Source: Candidatus Latescibacterota bacterium
GTDB lineage: Bacteria; Latescibacterota; UBA2968; UBA8231
Length of the DNA stretch: 64,000 nt
Assembly: GCA_965203175.1 (NCBI GenBank)
Contig: OZ241867.1
Span: forward strand, 736,001-800,000
Reading direction: 5' to 3'
The notes beneath the pieces are model-generated. The model saw only the letters and a program-made list of their open reading frames with translations, made no database searches and was not told where the DNA came from. Positions 1 through 9,163 of the stretch are shown here, piece after piece (the first letter of the stretch is position 1; each line of letters starts with the position of its first letter). Made by a program: the position numbers and the translations under genes.

Positions 1-2
1 CC

Positions 3-1217
3 ATCGGGGGCATACTGGAATGTGAAGAGCGAAAGATGGCAGTTAGTCGTCAGACGAAAGCCGTCCAGCAATGCGATCGCCGCGGCGGCCTCCTCAGCCC
101 AGGCAATGTGGTTCCGGATGCGCTGGCGGAGGTCTTCGAGACCGTGCGCGCGCAACAGGAACCAGAGCTTGAGAGCGCGGAACCGGCGTCCCAAGGGGAT
201 CGTCCACTCGCTGTAATTGGTGATCTCGGTTTGGCCGAGGGTTTGCAGGTAATCTGGACGGACGCCGAGGGTGCGAACCTGCGGTTCTGGGTCCGCAAGA
301 AACTGGATCGAGCAATCGAACTGCGCACCGAGCCACTTGTGGGGATTAAAGGCGATGCTGTCGGCTCCCTCGACGCCCTCCCACAACGCCCGTAGCTCAG
401 GACAAATCATTGCAGAACCAGCCCACGCGGCATCGACATGAACGTAGAGATCGTGCTCCCGTGCCACTTCGATGGTCTGATGCACGCGGTCAGACGCGCC
501 GATCGACGTGCCCCCAACACAAAGGACGACACCGGCCGGGAGGAAACCCGCCACGCGGTCCGCGTCGATCGCCCGGCGCAACGCCTCCGGATCGAGCGCC
601 CAAGAACCATCGGTCGGGACTTTGACGAGATGCTGTTGGCCGATACCGGCGATTCGGATCGCCTTGTCAACCGACGAGTGGGTCTCCGGCGAGGCATAGA
701 CCCGGACCTGTTTCTCCCCCACCATGCCAGAATCGATCCCGCGCCAGCCGAGCGCGCGTTCGCGCATCGTCAGTACGGCACAGACATTGGCCGACGTCCC
801 CGAGTCTTGGATAACGCCTTGGAACCCCTCCGGTAGCCCAAGGGCCTGACGCATCCAATCGACCATCCGGGTCTCAATCTCCGTAGCGGCAGGAGAAGTC
901 TGCCAGAGCATACACTGGGCCGCCATAACCGCCGTCAAATTCTCTGCGATCATCGAAACCGGCGCGGCGTTGGCGCTGAAGTACGCAAAGAAACGCCGGT
1001 GTTGCCAGTGCGTCATGCCGTCGGGTACGATGCGCTCAAAGTCAGCGAAGATCGTCTCCATATCCACCGGCTCTTCCGGCGGCGCTAACGGCAGCATCGC
1101 AGCGATCTCACCCGGTGCAGTCTGCGCCCGAACAGGCCGCTCATCGAGCGTGTCCAGGTACTCGGCACCCCACCGAGCAGCTCGCTCAGCCCAGCGAAAG
1201 TAGTCTTCTCGTTTCAT
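3..1217 (-). CDS. Group II PLP-dependent (aromatic L-amino acid) decarboxylase, 3' end outside window
   Basis: Absent from the ORF track because there is no stop in the window. Manual translation from ATG 1217 gives MKREDYFRWAERAARWGAEYL...THWQHRRFFAYF...SPAATEIE...HVDAAWAG...FNPHKW (PLP Lys)...PLGRRFRALKLWF. Confidence 0.9.
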   Translation of the reverse strand, partial: MKREDYFRWAERAARWGAEYLDTLDERPVRAQTAPGEIAAMLPLAPPEEPVDMETIFADFERIVPDGMTHWQHRRFFAYFSANAAPVSMIAENLTAVMAAQCMLWQTSPAATEIETRMVDWMRQALGLPEGFQGVIQDSGTSANVCAVLTMRERALGWRGIDSGMVGEKQVRVYASPETHSSVDKAIRIAGIGQQHLVKVPTDGSWALDPEALRRAIDADRVAGFLPAGVVLCVGGTSIGASDRVHQTIEVAREHDLYVHVDAAWAGSAMICPELRALWEGVEGADSIAFNPHKWLGAQFDCSIQFLADPEPQVRTLGVRPDYLQTLGQTEITNYSEWTIPLGRRFRALKLWFLLRAHGLEDLRQRIRNHIAWAEEAAAAIALLDGFRLTTNCHLSLFTFQYAPD

Positions 1218-1250
1218 AAGACGGTCTGAATGAGATTGATAGTATCGCCT

Positions 1251-2177
1251 CTAAAGACCCTCAATCCGCCCAAATTCTTTTAACGCTTTTAGTATCTCAA
1301 CGGTCAAACAACTCTTCCAATGCAGTTCGGCTTGCTCCCAGACTTCTGGATACTGGCCATACCAGGACCAAGTAGGGGACCAAGAGCCATCTGAATTTTG
1401 ATGCTCAATATCAAAATCTAAATTCATATCTACTTCGCTCTTCAATGTCTCTGCTAGCAACGAGATGGGCGTAGCAGCTAACCAGAGCGGTCTGGCAGAG
1501 GGTTGCATCAATTCTTCCGGCGTATGAGCGACGACGGAGTGCGCTCTCTGAATTAGTATTTCCGCTAGCGTATCTTTCGCGGATTGGGGCAGGGCAGCCG
1601 TCTCAACCAGATGAACACAGCAAATAAAGTCGTACATGTTCATTTGATCTGATAATGTCTTTATATGCTCTATGACCTCTACCGTGAGCTGTTTAATCAG
1701 GTCTGTAGGTGCCAACTCGTGATGTTCATGTAGATAGCCCACGACCTCCGCACGAGGATTGGCCAGAAAATTGCCAAAAGTATCCGCCGTATTCTCAAAA
1801 TCCCACCACGGCGCATGGGGGTATTCATCCACCGCTTGCGGGACGATAGGCCATCTGCTCTGGGCCGAATCGTATTCAGCTAACAAATACTGGATTGCTT
1901 TCTGAACGATCTCATCATTACTCGTCGCTTTGACCTCTCTGAGAATGCGCAGCGCAATGGTCGTCGTGATAACGGATGAATCGGGCATTTGGATATCGGG
2001 TTCAAGGCCATTGCCGAAACCGCCATCCTGATTCTGATAGTTAGCAAGTTCGTCCAGGACCGCAGCTGGAGTTCCATCATCGAAATGATAAGATAGAAGC
2101 CGTCTTTCTAATTCCCGGCCCTGCTCCATCACGAAAGTCCTTGCTTTTTCGAATGAGTCACCAGTCAACAGCTTCAT
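1251..2177 (-). CDS. Prenyltransferase/squalene-cyclase repeat protein
   Basis: 308 aa ORF with QW-like repeats YQNQDGGFG and HQNSDGSW; AGGAG RBS. Confidence 0.65.
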   Translation of the reverse strand: MKLLTGDSFEKARTFVMEQGRELERRLLSYHFDDGTPAAVLDELANYQNQDGGFGNGLEPDIQMPDSSVITTTIALRILREVKATSNDEIVQKAIQYLLAEYDSAQSRWPIVPQAVDEYPHAPWWDFENTADTFGNFLANPRAEVVGYLHEHHELAPTDLIKQLTVEVIEHIKTLSDQMNMYDFICCVHLVETAALPQSAKDTLAEILIQRAHSVVAHTPEELMQPSARPLWLAATPISLLAETLKSEVDMNLDFDIEHQNSDGSWSPTWSWYGQYPEVWEQAELHWKSCLTVEILKALKEFGRIEGL

Positions 2178-2216
2178 CTCTCTTAACTCCTACAAATAGA
2201 TAGTCTTGAGCATTGC

Positions 2217-2963
2217 TTATTTGAAATCCAAATACATAAAAGTACACACACCGCTGGGATGCACCTCAAATGTACCTCTAGAAAGTACTTCGTCGATTGC
2301 AGCCTTGGGATTAGTCAGGGGGAGCGGATTATGACCATTGAGAATAAGGTCTATATCGAACGAGTCGAGTCGTTCGTACCTACGGCGCAGTTCAGTGCGT
2401 GATGGCGTGCCCGTGGCTCGTAGGCGGATACCCTTTTCCTGCATCCAGTACGAAACATTGCGTCCCCCCATACCACCTTGCTCATTCTGGCCGTAAATGG
2501 TGTCGGCATTGATTAGTACTTTCTTGCCTTTGGGAGTCTGCCAATACAACCATATTTCGCCGTTCTCATCCCCTGATTCAATGGTCTGTATCCCACCGGG
2601 TAGTGGTTGGGCTGCACCATAGCGTGCATTGAGCTTACGACCATACTTCGTGGTTTTCTTAGCCGAGGGAGGACCATAGACCGGTGCTCTATAGCGTCTA
2701 GCGGCTTCAGAAATATGCCGCTCGTGCAAAGGGGAAAGACTGAGAATGGCAGCTACCCGACCAGCACGCCGCTTGAGTACCTTCAGCGCTTCGCCCTGTT
2801 GTGGGAGCACCGGGTCTGTGATAAGCGTACCTTCAGGCGTATGCAACATAAAAGACTGCTGTAAATCGCCATTTCCCCATGAAGTCCACCGCGTGATTTC
2901 AGGCTCTTCTGGGGAGCCGACTTCTACAGAAAAGCCGGTGCCATGTTTGATAACGTATTCCAT
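2217..2963 (-). CDS. Metallo-beta-lactamase-fold hypothetical protein (degenerate motif)
   Basis: 248 aa ORF with LITDP, LSPLHERH (HxHxDH-like), INADT and LNGH; AGGAG RBS. Confidence 0.5.
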   Translation of the reverse strand: MEYVIKHGTGFSVEVGSPEEPEITRWTSWGNGDLQQSFMLHTPEGTLITDPVLPQQGEALKVLKRRAGRVAAILSLSPLHERHISEAARRYRAPVYGPPSAKKTTKYGRKLNARYGAAQPLPGGIQTIESGDENGEIWLYWQTPKGKKVLINADTIYGQNEQGGMGGRNVSYWMQEKGIRLRATGTPSRTELRRRYERLDSFDIDLILNGHNPLPLTNPKAAIDEVLSRGTFEVHPSGVCTFMYLDFK

Positions 2964-2971
2964 GTCTTCTC

Positions 2972-3676
2972 CTACAAATACGTTTGCGCCAACTCCAGAA
3001 ATTCCTCCCAGCTCCTAATCTCTGCATCAACAGGAATATCCGCAGGCGCTTGTTGTCGCCTGTTATACCAGATTGCACTCATATGGCACTGCTTCGCCCC
3101 CACCATATCGGTCTCCAACGTGTCTCCTACATACCATATCTCTGAAGGTGCCATGCCCAATCGGGTGGCCGCTGAGGTAAAAATCAGGGGATGGGGCTTT
3201 CTTATGCCATAATCGGCGCTAGAGATAACAAATTCAAAATAGTTGAGCAGTTCATGACGTTGAAGTTCCCAGGAGAGGAGCGTTCCAGACCCTGGATGGT
3301 TGCTTACTACCCCCATCCTCAAATTATGGGCAGATAAGGCGGTCAATACATCGGCAATGCCGGGCTCAGGAGAGAAAAGCATACATTCTTTCCAGAATTC
3401 CAGTTCGAGTACCTCCATGGGTTCACGAAAGGTGATGCCGAGTCGATCAAAGAGTAGTCGATTAAACTGATGATGCGTGAATTCGATGATTGAATTATCC
3501 GCAACAGCGACCTCACTATCGAGCCTTTTTGCTTCAGTCGTTACCTCTTCAGGTGATATACCTTTTCGATCCACTGCATATTCGAGCAGACGAGCGTTAC
3601 CTGCGATAGGATCGAATCTCATATTGCGTACGAGAGTATTTATGAAATCGAAGAGAATAGCCTGTGGCCTATTCAT
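2972..3676 (-). CDS. HAD-superfamily hydrolase
   Basis: Motifs ILFDFINTL, VVSN, KPHP and VGDTLETD. Confidence 0.85.
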   Translation of the reverse strand: MNRPQAILFDFINTLVRNMRFDPIAGNARLLEYAVDRKGISPEEVTTEAKRLDSEVAVADNSIIEFTHHQFNRLLFDRLGITFREPMEVLELEFWKECMLFSPEPGIADVLTALSAHNLRMGVVSNHPGSGTLLSWELQRHELLNYFEFVISSADYGIRKPHPLIFTSAATRLGMAPSEIWYVGDTLETDMVGAKQCHMSAIWYNRRQQAPADIPVDAEIRSWEEFLELAQTYL

Positions 3677-3762
3677 CTATGTGCTCCATTGGGGTATCCA
3701 ATGTCGTGTAACTGATTGTACCCGAACTAGTTCTCCATGGACAGACAATCTCAGGCGACGCA

Positions 3763-4740
3763 TTAGGTATTGAGAGCAGGCCCCCAATATTTCCAGAGGT
3801 TCCGTGGCACGTCGTATCGCGTGAGCTCCCGGCCTGGATGCCCCGGCGGTAGAAAGCCTGTCGGGGTGTTGCCTACGTACTCGGGCGGTGACGGCTTCGG
3901 GGGCGACCATGGCGTGCCATCCTTGTCGGGAAACATGACCATGGGTGCCTGCTCGCGCATTTCCCTGTGGGAGTACCGTGCAAACTGCGCCACCCTCGGT
4001 TGCTTTGACCCCGCCGCATTAGCCGAGTTGACGTGCGTAGTGAGGCCATGGAGCAGCATTGCGTCGCCAGCTCGCCCCGTCATACATACCACCTCGCCCA
4101 CACTGGGGTCCCCCTCCAAGATCGCCCGGTGCCCACCGCTCCGCACGGGCTCCGTGAAGAGGTACGAGCCGTCGATTTGCTCGGGATGTTCAAGGAAGTA
4201 TCGGTGGTTCGCCAGGTGCGACCTCGGCCAATAGGCCGTGCCCCCGCCCGTGGGGCTGCTGACGTCCCAGAACAGCACGACGAAGAACGCCATGAACCCA
4301 CCGCCCCAGCCTGTCGCATACCCATCGAGGTGACCATCGGCAGGAGGTGCCCACTCCGTACCCTGAGCGCTCGGCAGGATCACCCGCGTCATTGGAGTCT
4401 GCGGCGTCCACGGCTGCCCCGCCGGATGGGTGGGGGCAAAAGCGCCGCCACCGATCTGCTCCACGATGGACTGCAGACTCGATAAATCGTACAGGTTGGG
4501 ACTGAGCTTAGGCCAACCATCCTCGGGTGTGTACCGCCCGGCAGGCCAGGTGTTGGGATCATCGAGGTCCACGCCGCCAGAGCAAGCGGCGCGCATCTGG
4601 TCCTGCCATCCGTTAAGCACATCAGGAGGTACCAATCCCGGAATAGCGAGTACCCCCTCTGCTTTGAACTCATCTAGCTGCGCCGGTGACAGCAGCATAC
4701 TCGGCTTGGGGTCGGGTCCGTAACTGTCTGACTTATTCAT
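3763..4740 (-). CDS. Phytanoyl-CoA dioxygenase (PhyH) family protein
   Basis: LSPAQLDEFKAEG N-terminus, GHLDGY (HxD), GGTAYWPRSH, AGDAMLLHGLTTH. ATG 4740 preferred over GTG 4746. Confidence 0.8.
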   Translation of the reverse strand: MNKSDSYGPDPKPSMLLSPAQLDEFKAEGVLAIPGLVPPDVLNGWQDQMRAACSGGVDLDDPNTWPAGRYTPEDGWPKLSPNLYDLSSLQSIVEQIGGGAFAPTHPAGQPWTPQTPMTRVILPSAQGTEWAPPADGHLDGYATGWGGGFMAFFVVLFWDVSSPTGGGTAYWPRSHLANHRYFLEHPEQIDGSYLFTEPVRSGGHRAILEGDPSVGEVVCMTGRAGDAMLLHGLTTHVNSANAAGSKQPRVAQFARYSHREMREQAPMVMFPDKDGTPWSPPKPSPPEYVGNTPTGFLPPGHPGRELTRYDVPRNLWKYWGPALNT

Positions 4741-4753
4741 TATCACAGCCTTG

Positions 4754-5479
4754 TTAAGAAAAACACGTCCAATCTAATTGTTTGAGACCTGGCTTTAGAT
4801 CAAACAAGGATCGGATAACCAGTTCCGCACTCACATCCACGTGGCCCATGCGGTCTATGAGCACAGGAATCATTTTCGCTCGTTTCGCGCCCACAGTGTC
4901 CCACCTTGGATTATCTCCGATAAACAGGCACTCTTCTGGTTTGCATCCGAAATGATCCAATGCGCGGCGAAACATAGGTTGGGCAGGCTTCCGCCAACCC
5001 ACATCTGAACAAAAGATAGCCACCTCGCATCGCGTCGAAAGGCCATGTCGCCGCAGTTCTTCAAACCAAGGCTCACTCGGTGAACCCCAGGGACAGTTCG
5101 ATAGGATTCCTACGCGGTAGCCATCCGCCAGGTACGCATCCAGAGCCGGAAGGGTGTCTTCATAGATCTTGGCAATAGAAAAGATAGGCGCGAGGAAGGC
5201 ACGACAGATCGGCAGCCACTCTTCCTCCGAAACGCAAGGTGCGACCGCAAAGATACGACCAAGCCTCTTGTGGAGTGGACGAACGCGACTGTTTTTGGCT
5301 TCGTAGTTCTCAGCCGCGACACCGCGCTCGATCTCAGAATCCGAAGGCAAATCGTGTCCCGAACGCTCCAGTGCCTCTTTGGCTGCGTGAATCCCTGCCC
5401 GCAGCAAAGGAGGAAACTCTTCCCTGCGATAGTACTGGACAAGGGTGTCGCCAAGGTCAAACAGAAGAACTGGTCTCAA
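4754..5479 (-). CDS. HAD-superfamily hydrolase (probable integron-type cassette gene)
   Basis: LLFDLGDTL, ILSN, RKP and IGDNPRWD motifs. Flanked by complementary core sites GTTAAGA and TCTTAAC. Confidence 0.85.
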   Translation of the reverse strand: MRPVLLFDLGDTLVQYYRREEFPPLLRAGIHAAKEALERSGHDLPSDSEIERGVAAENYEAKNSRVRPLHKRLGRIFAVAPCVSEEEWLPICRAFLAPIFSIAKIYEDTLPALDAYLADGYRVGILSNCPWGSPSEPWFEELRRHGLSTRCEVAIFCSDVGWRKPAQPMFRRALDHFGCKPEECLFIGDNPRWDTVGAKRAKMIPVLIDRMGHVDVSAELVIRSLFDLKPGLKQLDWTCFS

Positions 5480-5513
5480 ACCTGAAACTCCTACTCGTCT
5501 CTTAAAGTATTTC

Positions 5514-5601
5514 TCTTAACGTTTCAGGGGTTGCGAACCCCGAAGGGATTGCCCGAAAAGCCAAGCGGCGAATGCGGTGTAGTGTGAAGCCAATGTTATT
5601 G
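5514..5601 (-). mobile_element. Degenerate attC-like recombination site
   Basis: The minus strand reads CAATAAC...GTTAAGA over 88 bp just after a stop codon, with an internal TTCG hairpin. The arms pair only imperfectly. Confidence 0.45.
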
Positions 5602-5615
5602 GAAGTGGAATAGGG

Positions 5616-6218
5616 TCAATCTAGACGATGACATCCTTGGCTGTCATACAGGACGAACAGCGCGGTTTCTTTGTCGTAGGACGCTGCTTTCTCCCAAGCA
5701 TGGTATATAGATAGCTGTTTTCTCCATAGATTGTCGAAAAATATCAAGACAAAAAGCAGTGTCGAAGCAGAGTCAACAGCATCTATGGCTCCAATATATG
5801 CTTGGACTCCGGCGGTCTTAAAAGCTTGAGCCATATGCTCTAAGCCTCCCTCACAGCACGTATTTACAACGAGCCGATCTGGCAGCCGGGCTTTCTGCGC
5901 GATATACTCCGAAGGTAGACTACCATCTCTCAGCATACTTGTGTCTATTTCATCAGCGAAATCGCCAAAGACAAAGCCCGTTTCATCGCCGTGGCCGCAA
6001 ATAACCAGATCTCGCGGCATTTCACTAGGGTCAGACAGCACACTTAGAAAGTCGCCAGGGCATCCTACCCCGTAATAACGGGTCACGGCATCTAAATGAT
6101 ACACGAAGTCATCAATTTTTTTAGCTTCACCACTACTACCCATAATGTCGATAATGGCTATAGGGTGACATGGGATATGAAACTGCGTTTCTACGGGAGT
6201 CCAGAAAGAAAAAGACAT
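5616..6218 (-). CDS. Small CHAT/caspase-fold-like hypothetical protein
   Basis: ATG 6218 follows a GAGGT RBS. LVICGHG and LVVNTCC motifs precede a helical C-terminus (AQAFKTAGVQAYIG). Confidence 0.55.
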   Translation of the reverse strand: MSFSFWTPVETQFHIPCHPIAIIDIMGSSGEAKKIDDFVYHLDAVTRYYGVGCPGDFLSVLSDPSEMPRDLVICGHGDETGFVFGDFADEIDTSMLRDGSLPSEYIAQKARLPDRLVVNTCCEGGLEHMAQAFKTAGVQAYIGAIDAVDSASTLLFVLIFFDNLWRKQLSIYHAWEKAASYDKETALFVLYDSQGCHRLD

Positions 6219-6305
6219 ATCTACCTCATGTGATATTGAGATATAACGATTGCAAAATCCGATATACGGCGGTGCGAAGGCCATAATGCCTAGGGACAAC
6301 CTATC

Positions 6306-7310
6306 TCAAGCGACGCGATACCTCTCCACCACCTCCATATCAACCTTGATCCCCAACCCCGACCCTGTCGGCACGGCAAAGTGCCCCTTCTCCAGCGCCA
6401 ACCCCTCGGCCACAACATCGGCCTCCCGCGTAAAAGGCAACTCGTCGCAAGGCAACGTGGCATTGGGCAGCGTCGCCTGCAAATGCACCGAGTAAGCCGC
6501 CATCACCCCAGTACACAACCCGCCCATCTGAATCCAGCAGGGCACATCCGCAGCCTCCGCCAGCGCCGCCGCCTTCCGCACCACCATCGCCGAACCGCTC
6601 AAGTTCACGTAGTCAATGCACTCGGCCCTGAGCGCCGCCAGCACGCCGGACGGCGCTCCCAAGTGCAGGGCGATAGGGATGTGGGTCTTCTCGCGCAGGA
6701 TGCGGTACCATTCGAGGTTGTTTTTGAGGATGGGATCTTCAAAAACCGATACCGTGCCAAAAGGCTCCAACTCGCTCGCCAAGCGCGCACCAGTGGGCAG
6801 CAGAGCGAATTCAGTATTGGGATCAACGCCGACCGTGTAGTCGGCACCCACCGCTTCTTTCATCAGCCGCACCGTCTCGACAATATTCCACGAGCGCGCC
6901 TTGAGCTTATGGTTGCTAAAACCCAGCCCGGCCCCTATTTCCGCCTCGGCCGCAGTCTCTTCTGGCGTCATGGGGCACGACCAGTACGACACCGGCACCT
7001 TATCGCGCACCTGCGCCCCAAAGAAGCGGTGCAGCGGAATGCCGTAGGCTTGACCCGCAATGTCGAGCAGCGCACAGGTGAAAGCATCGGGACGATTGTA
7101 CGGATCCAACGCCAACGGATCCTGCCCCACAAGAGCGTCGGCTTGCTCCTGACCAGCAGGCTTTTTGCTGAGGAACTCGCCCCAGCCCTCCAAGCCCTCA
7201 TCCGTCTGCACGCGGCAGAGGGTAATGTCATAGATCTTGGGATAGTAGCGGGCGATGGCCGGGATCGGCGGAATCTCAACTTCGTACAGCTCTACTTGGG
7301 TGATTTTCAC
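6306..7310 (-). CDS. Mandelate racemase/muconate lactonizing enzyme family (enolase superfamily)
   Basis: CRVQTDEGLEGWGE, LLDIAGQAYGIPL, HKLKAR, VDPN, FEDP and PTGSGLGI. Confidence 0.85.
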   Translation of the reverse strand: MKITQVELYEVEIPPIPAIARYYPKIYDITLCRVQTDEGLEGWGEFLSKKPAGQEQADALVGQDPLALDPYNRPDAFTCALLDIAGQAYGIPLHRFFGAQVRDKVPVSYWSCPMTPEETAAEAEIGAGLGFSNHKLKARSWNIVETVRLMKEAVGADYTVGVDPNTEFALLPTGARLASELEPFGTVSVFEDPILKNNLEWYRILREKTHIPIALHLGAPSGVLAALRAECIDYVNLSGSAMVVRKAAALAEAADVPCWIQMGGLCTGVMAAYSVHLQATLPNATLPCDELPFTREADVVAEGLALEKGHFAVPTGSGLGIKVDMEVVERYRVA

Positions 7311-7435
7311 AGGAGGCCTCCTCTGCCATAAGGTTTCCGTTGCGCGTCGTTTGTCGAAGAGCTAGAATGATACCAAATTGGCGAGGGATCACAAAGGGAT
7401 CTATCGATCCCGCCGAAAACCGCGAGGAGGACCTC

Positions 7436-8962
7436 ATGGACGACAAGACGATGACCAACGAAGAAAACTACCGCTTCGACGTGGCGGGGTATATGATTGT
7501 CCCCGGCGTCCTGACGGCAGCCGAACTGAACGCCTGCAATCAGGCCCTGGACCAGCTAGCGTCTAACAACGGGCCGCTGCGCTGGACGTCGCCCGTTTGC
7601 AATCCCCTGCGCGCCCTGCGCGAGCATCCAGTGCTAATGCAGTATCTGGAGCAGATTTGCGGCGAGGGCTTCCGGGTCGACGAATCGCCGCGACTCGTCG
7701 AATCATGTACCGAAGCGACAGATCTGTCGGGAGGCGACGAGTGGGTGGATTGGTCGCGGGCGTACCGCCAGTACAACGGGCATCGCTTCTGTCAGGGAGT
7801 GCGGGCCTTCTGGGCGCTGGCGGACGTGGGCGCAGAAGACGGGGGGTTGGTCGTAGTACGAGCCAGCCACAACAGCACAGTGCCAGCCCCGCAAGACCTA
7901 GTGGACGGAACCGACCCGATGGGACTCGTCGAGCAGCCGGTCTTGCAGGCGGGCGACCTCCTGCTCTGCACCGACTCGCTGATGCGCGGCGTGCGGCCTT
8001 GGCAGGGCGCGGGGCCGCAACGCCTGCTCGAATGCGGGTACATTAGCACTGGCGTGCGGCCGGGGGCGGCGTCCGAAATCCACGGCGAAGACAGCGCGTT
8101 GCCCGAGTGGGCCGGCGAGCTGACCGATATTGAGCGCGCCGTCTTGCACAATCCCAACCGCCCGTACCCACCGCCAGTCGTGCATTCGGACGGCGAAAAG
8201 GTTTGGCTAGCGGAGGAACCAGGAGTTTTCCATCCCTCGGTCTACATCCGCGACCCAGATTCCGAGATTGACGAAAAGGAATTTTTCCACTGGGATCTGT
8301 GCGGCCACCTCGTTTTGCGGGGCGTGATGGACGAGGAATGGCTGACCGCGGCCAACGAAGCCATCGACAAAAATCCCGACCGGATCAGCCACGGCGGATC
8401 GGCTGCCGGCGATTCAACGCCTTTGGCCGGTACTGGAGTCGGCCGCTCGTCCATGGGCAACCCGTGGGCGTTGCCCGCGCCATACGGCGAGCCGTTCCAG
8501 CGCATGATCGCCAATCCAGCGCTCGTCCAGCGCCTGAACTGGATCATGGGCAGCGGCTTCGAGTGCATGATGTGCAGCGGCTTCCTGTCCGGGAAAGGGT
8601 CGTCCGGGCACTTTCTCCACTCGCCCGCCACGCCAGCCAAGGTGGGCAATCACTACCGCCAACAGAACGGCCGCGTGTACGCCGAATCCCTCAACGTGGC
8701 TTGGCAATTGCGCGATGTGACGCGGGCCGATGGGGGCTTTGTCTGCGTGCCCGGCTCGCACAAAACCGCCTATCCCATGCCCGACGGCATCCGCACCTGC
8801 GATAATGAAATGGGCCTAGTTAAACACATAGAGATGAAGGCGGGCGACGTGCTGCTGTTCCTCGCGTCGGCGCAGGCGCACGGGGCGTATCCGTGGACGG
8901 GAGAACAGAATCGGCGGATGATATTTTTCCAGTACCGGTCGCGCAATATGTACGCGCCTTGA
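7436..8962 (+). CDS. Tandem two-domain PhyH-family protein
   Basis: GAGGAGG RBS before ATG 7436. Two repeats of Y/F-x-F/W-D-x-x-G...GG-x-V-x-V-x-x-SH...AGD-x-LL. Confidence 0.8.
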   Translation: MDDKTMTNEENYRFDVAGYMIVPGVLTAAELNACNQALDQLASNNGPLRWTSPVCNPLRALREHPVLMQYLEQICGEGFRVDESPRLVESCTEATDLSGGDEWVDWSRAYRQYNGHRFCQGVRAFWALADVGAEDGGLVVVRASHNSTVPAPQDLVDGTDPMGLVEQPVLQAGDLLLCTDSLMRGVRPWQGAGPQRLLECGYISTGVRPGAASEIHGEDSALPEWAGELTDIERAVLHNPNRPYPPPVVHSDGEKVWLAEEPGVFHPSVYIRDPDSEIDEKEFFHWDLCGHLVLRGVMDEEWLTAANEAIDKNPDRISHGGSAAGDSTPLAGTGVGRSSMGNPWALPAPYGEPFQRMIANPALVQRLNWIMGSGFECMMCSGFLSGKGSSGHFLHSPATPAKVGNHYRQQNGRVYAESLNVAWQLRDVTRADGGFVCVPGSHKTAYPMPDGIRTCDNEMGLVKHIEMKAGDVLLFLASAQAHGAYPWTGEQNRRMIFFQYRSRNMYAP

Positions 8963-9079
8963 CGAAGCATAGAGACTCGAATTGGAATTCGGCGGTAACA
9001 ACATCACCGACACCGTCGAATTCCGCGACTACTTTGCCTAATCGCGGTTGAATGCAATCGAGAATTACCCTAAGATCGA

Positions 9080-9106
9080 GGAACCTCTCGGCGAGTCAGG
9101 GCGTCT
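9080..9106 (+). promoter_or_regulatory. Putative ECF sigma-factor promoter
   Basis: GGAACC-N16-CGTCT about 60 bp upstream of the thioredoxin-like gene. Confidence 0.35.
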
Positions 9107-9163
9107 TTCGACGGACTGACCTCAACCCGACCACACCACAACTTTTTTAAATAGGAGCAAATC

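Noticed and set aside
22-1203. Several short plus- and minus-strand ORFs in the track
   Set aside because: They are shadows of the minus-strand decarboxylase, which runs off the window edge.
3690-3767. ACCTAAT...GTTCGGG/GTTACAC after the PhyH stop as a second attC, and GGCGACGCA matching the right end of hairpin copy C
   Set aside because: The core sites are imperfect with no arm pairing, and the left half of the hairpin is absent.
8972-9041. GGAATTCGGCGGT...ACCGTCGAATTCC hairpin as a possible riboswitch
   Set aside because: No recognisable riboswitch motif. The stretch also reads as a coding-like tail (RLELEFGGNNITDTVEFRDYFA-stop), so it may be a gene remnant or terminator.
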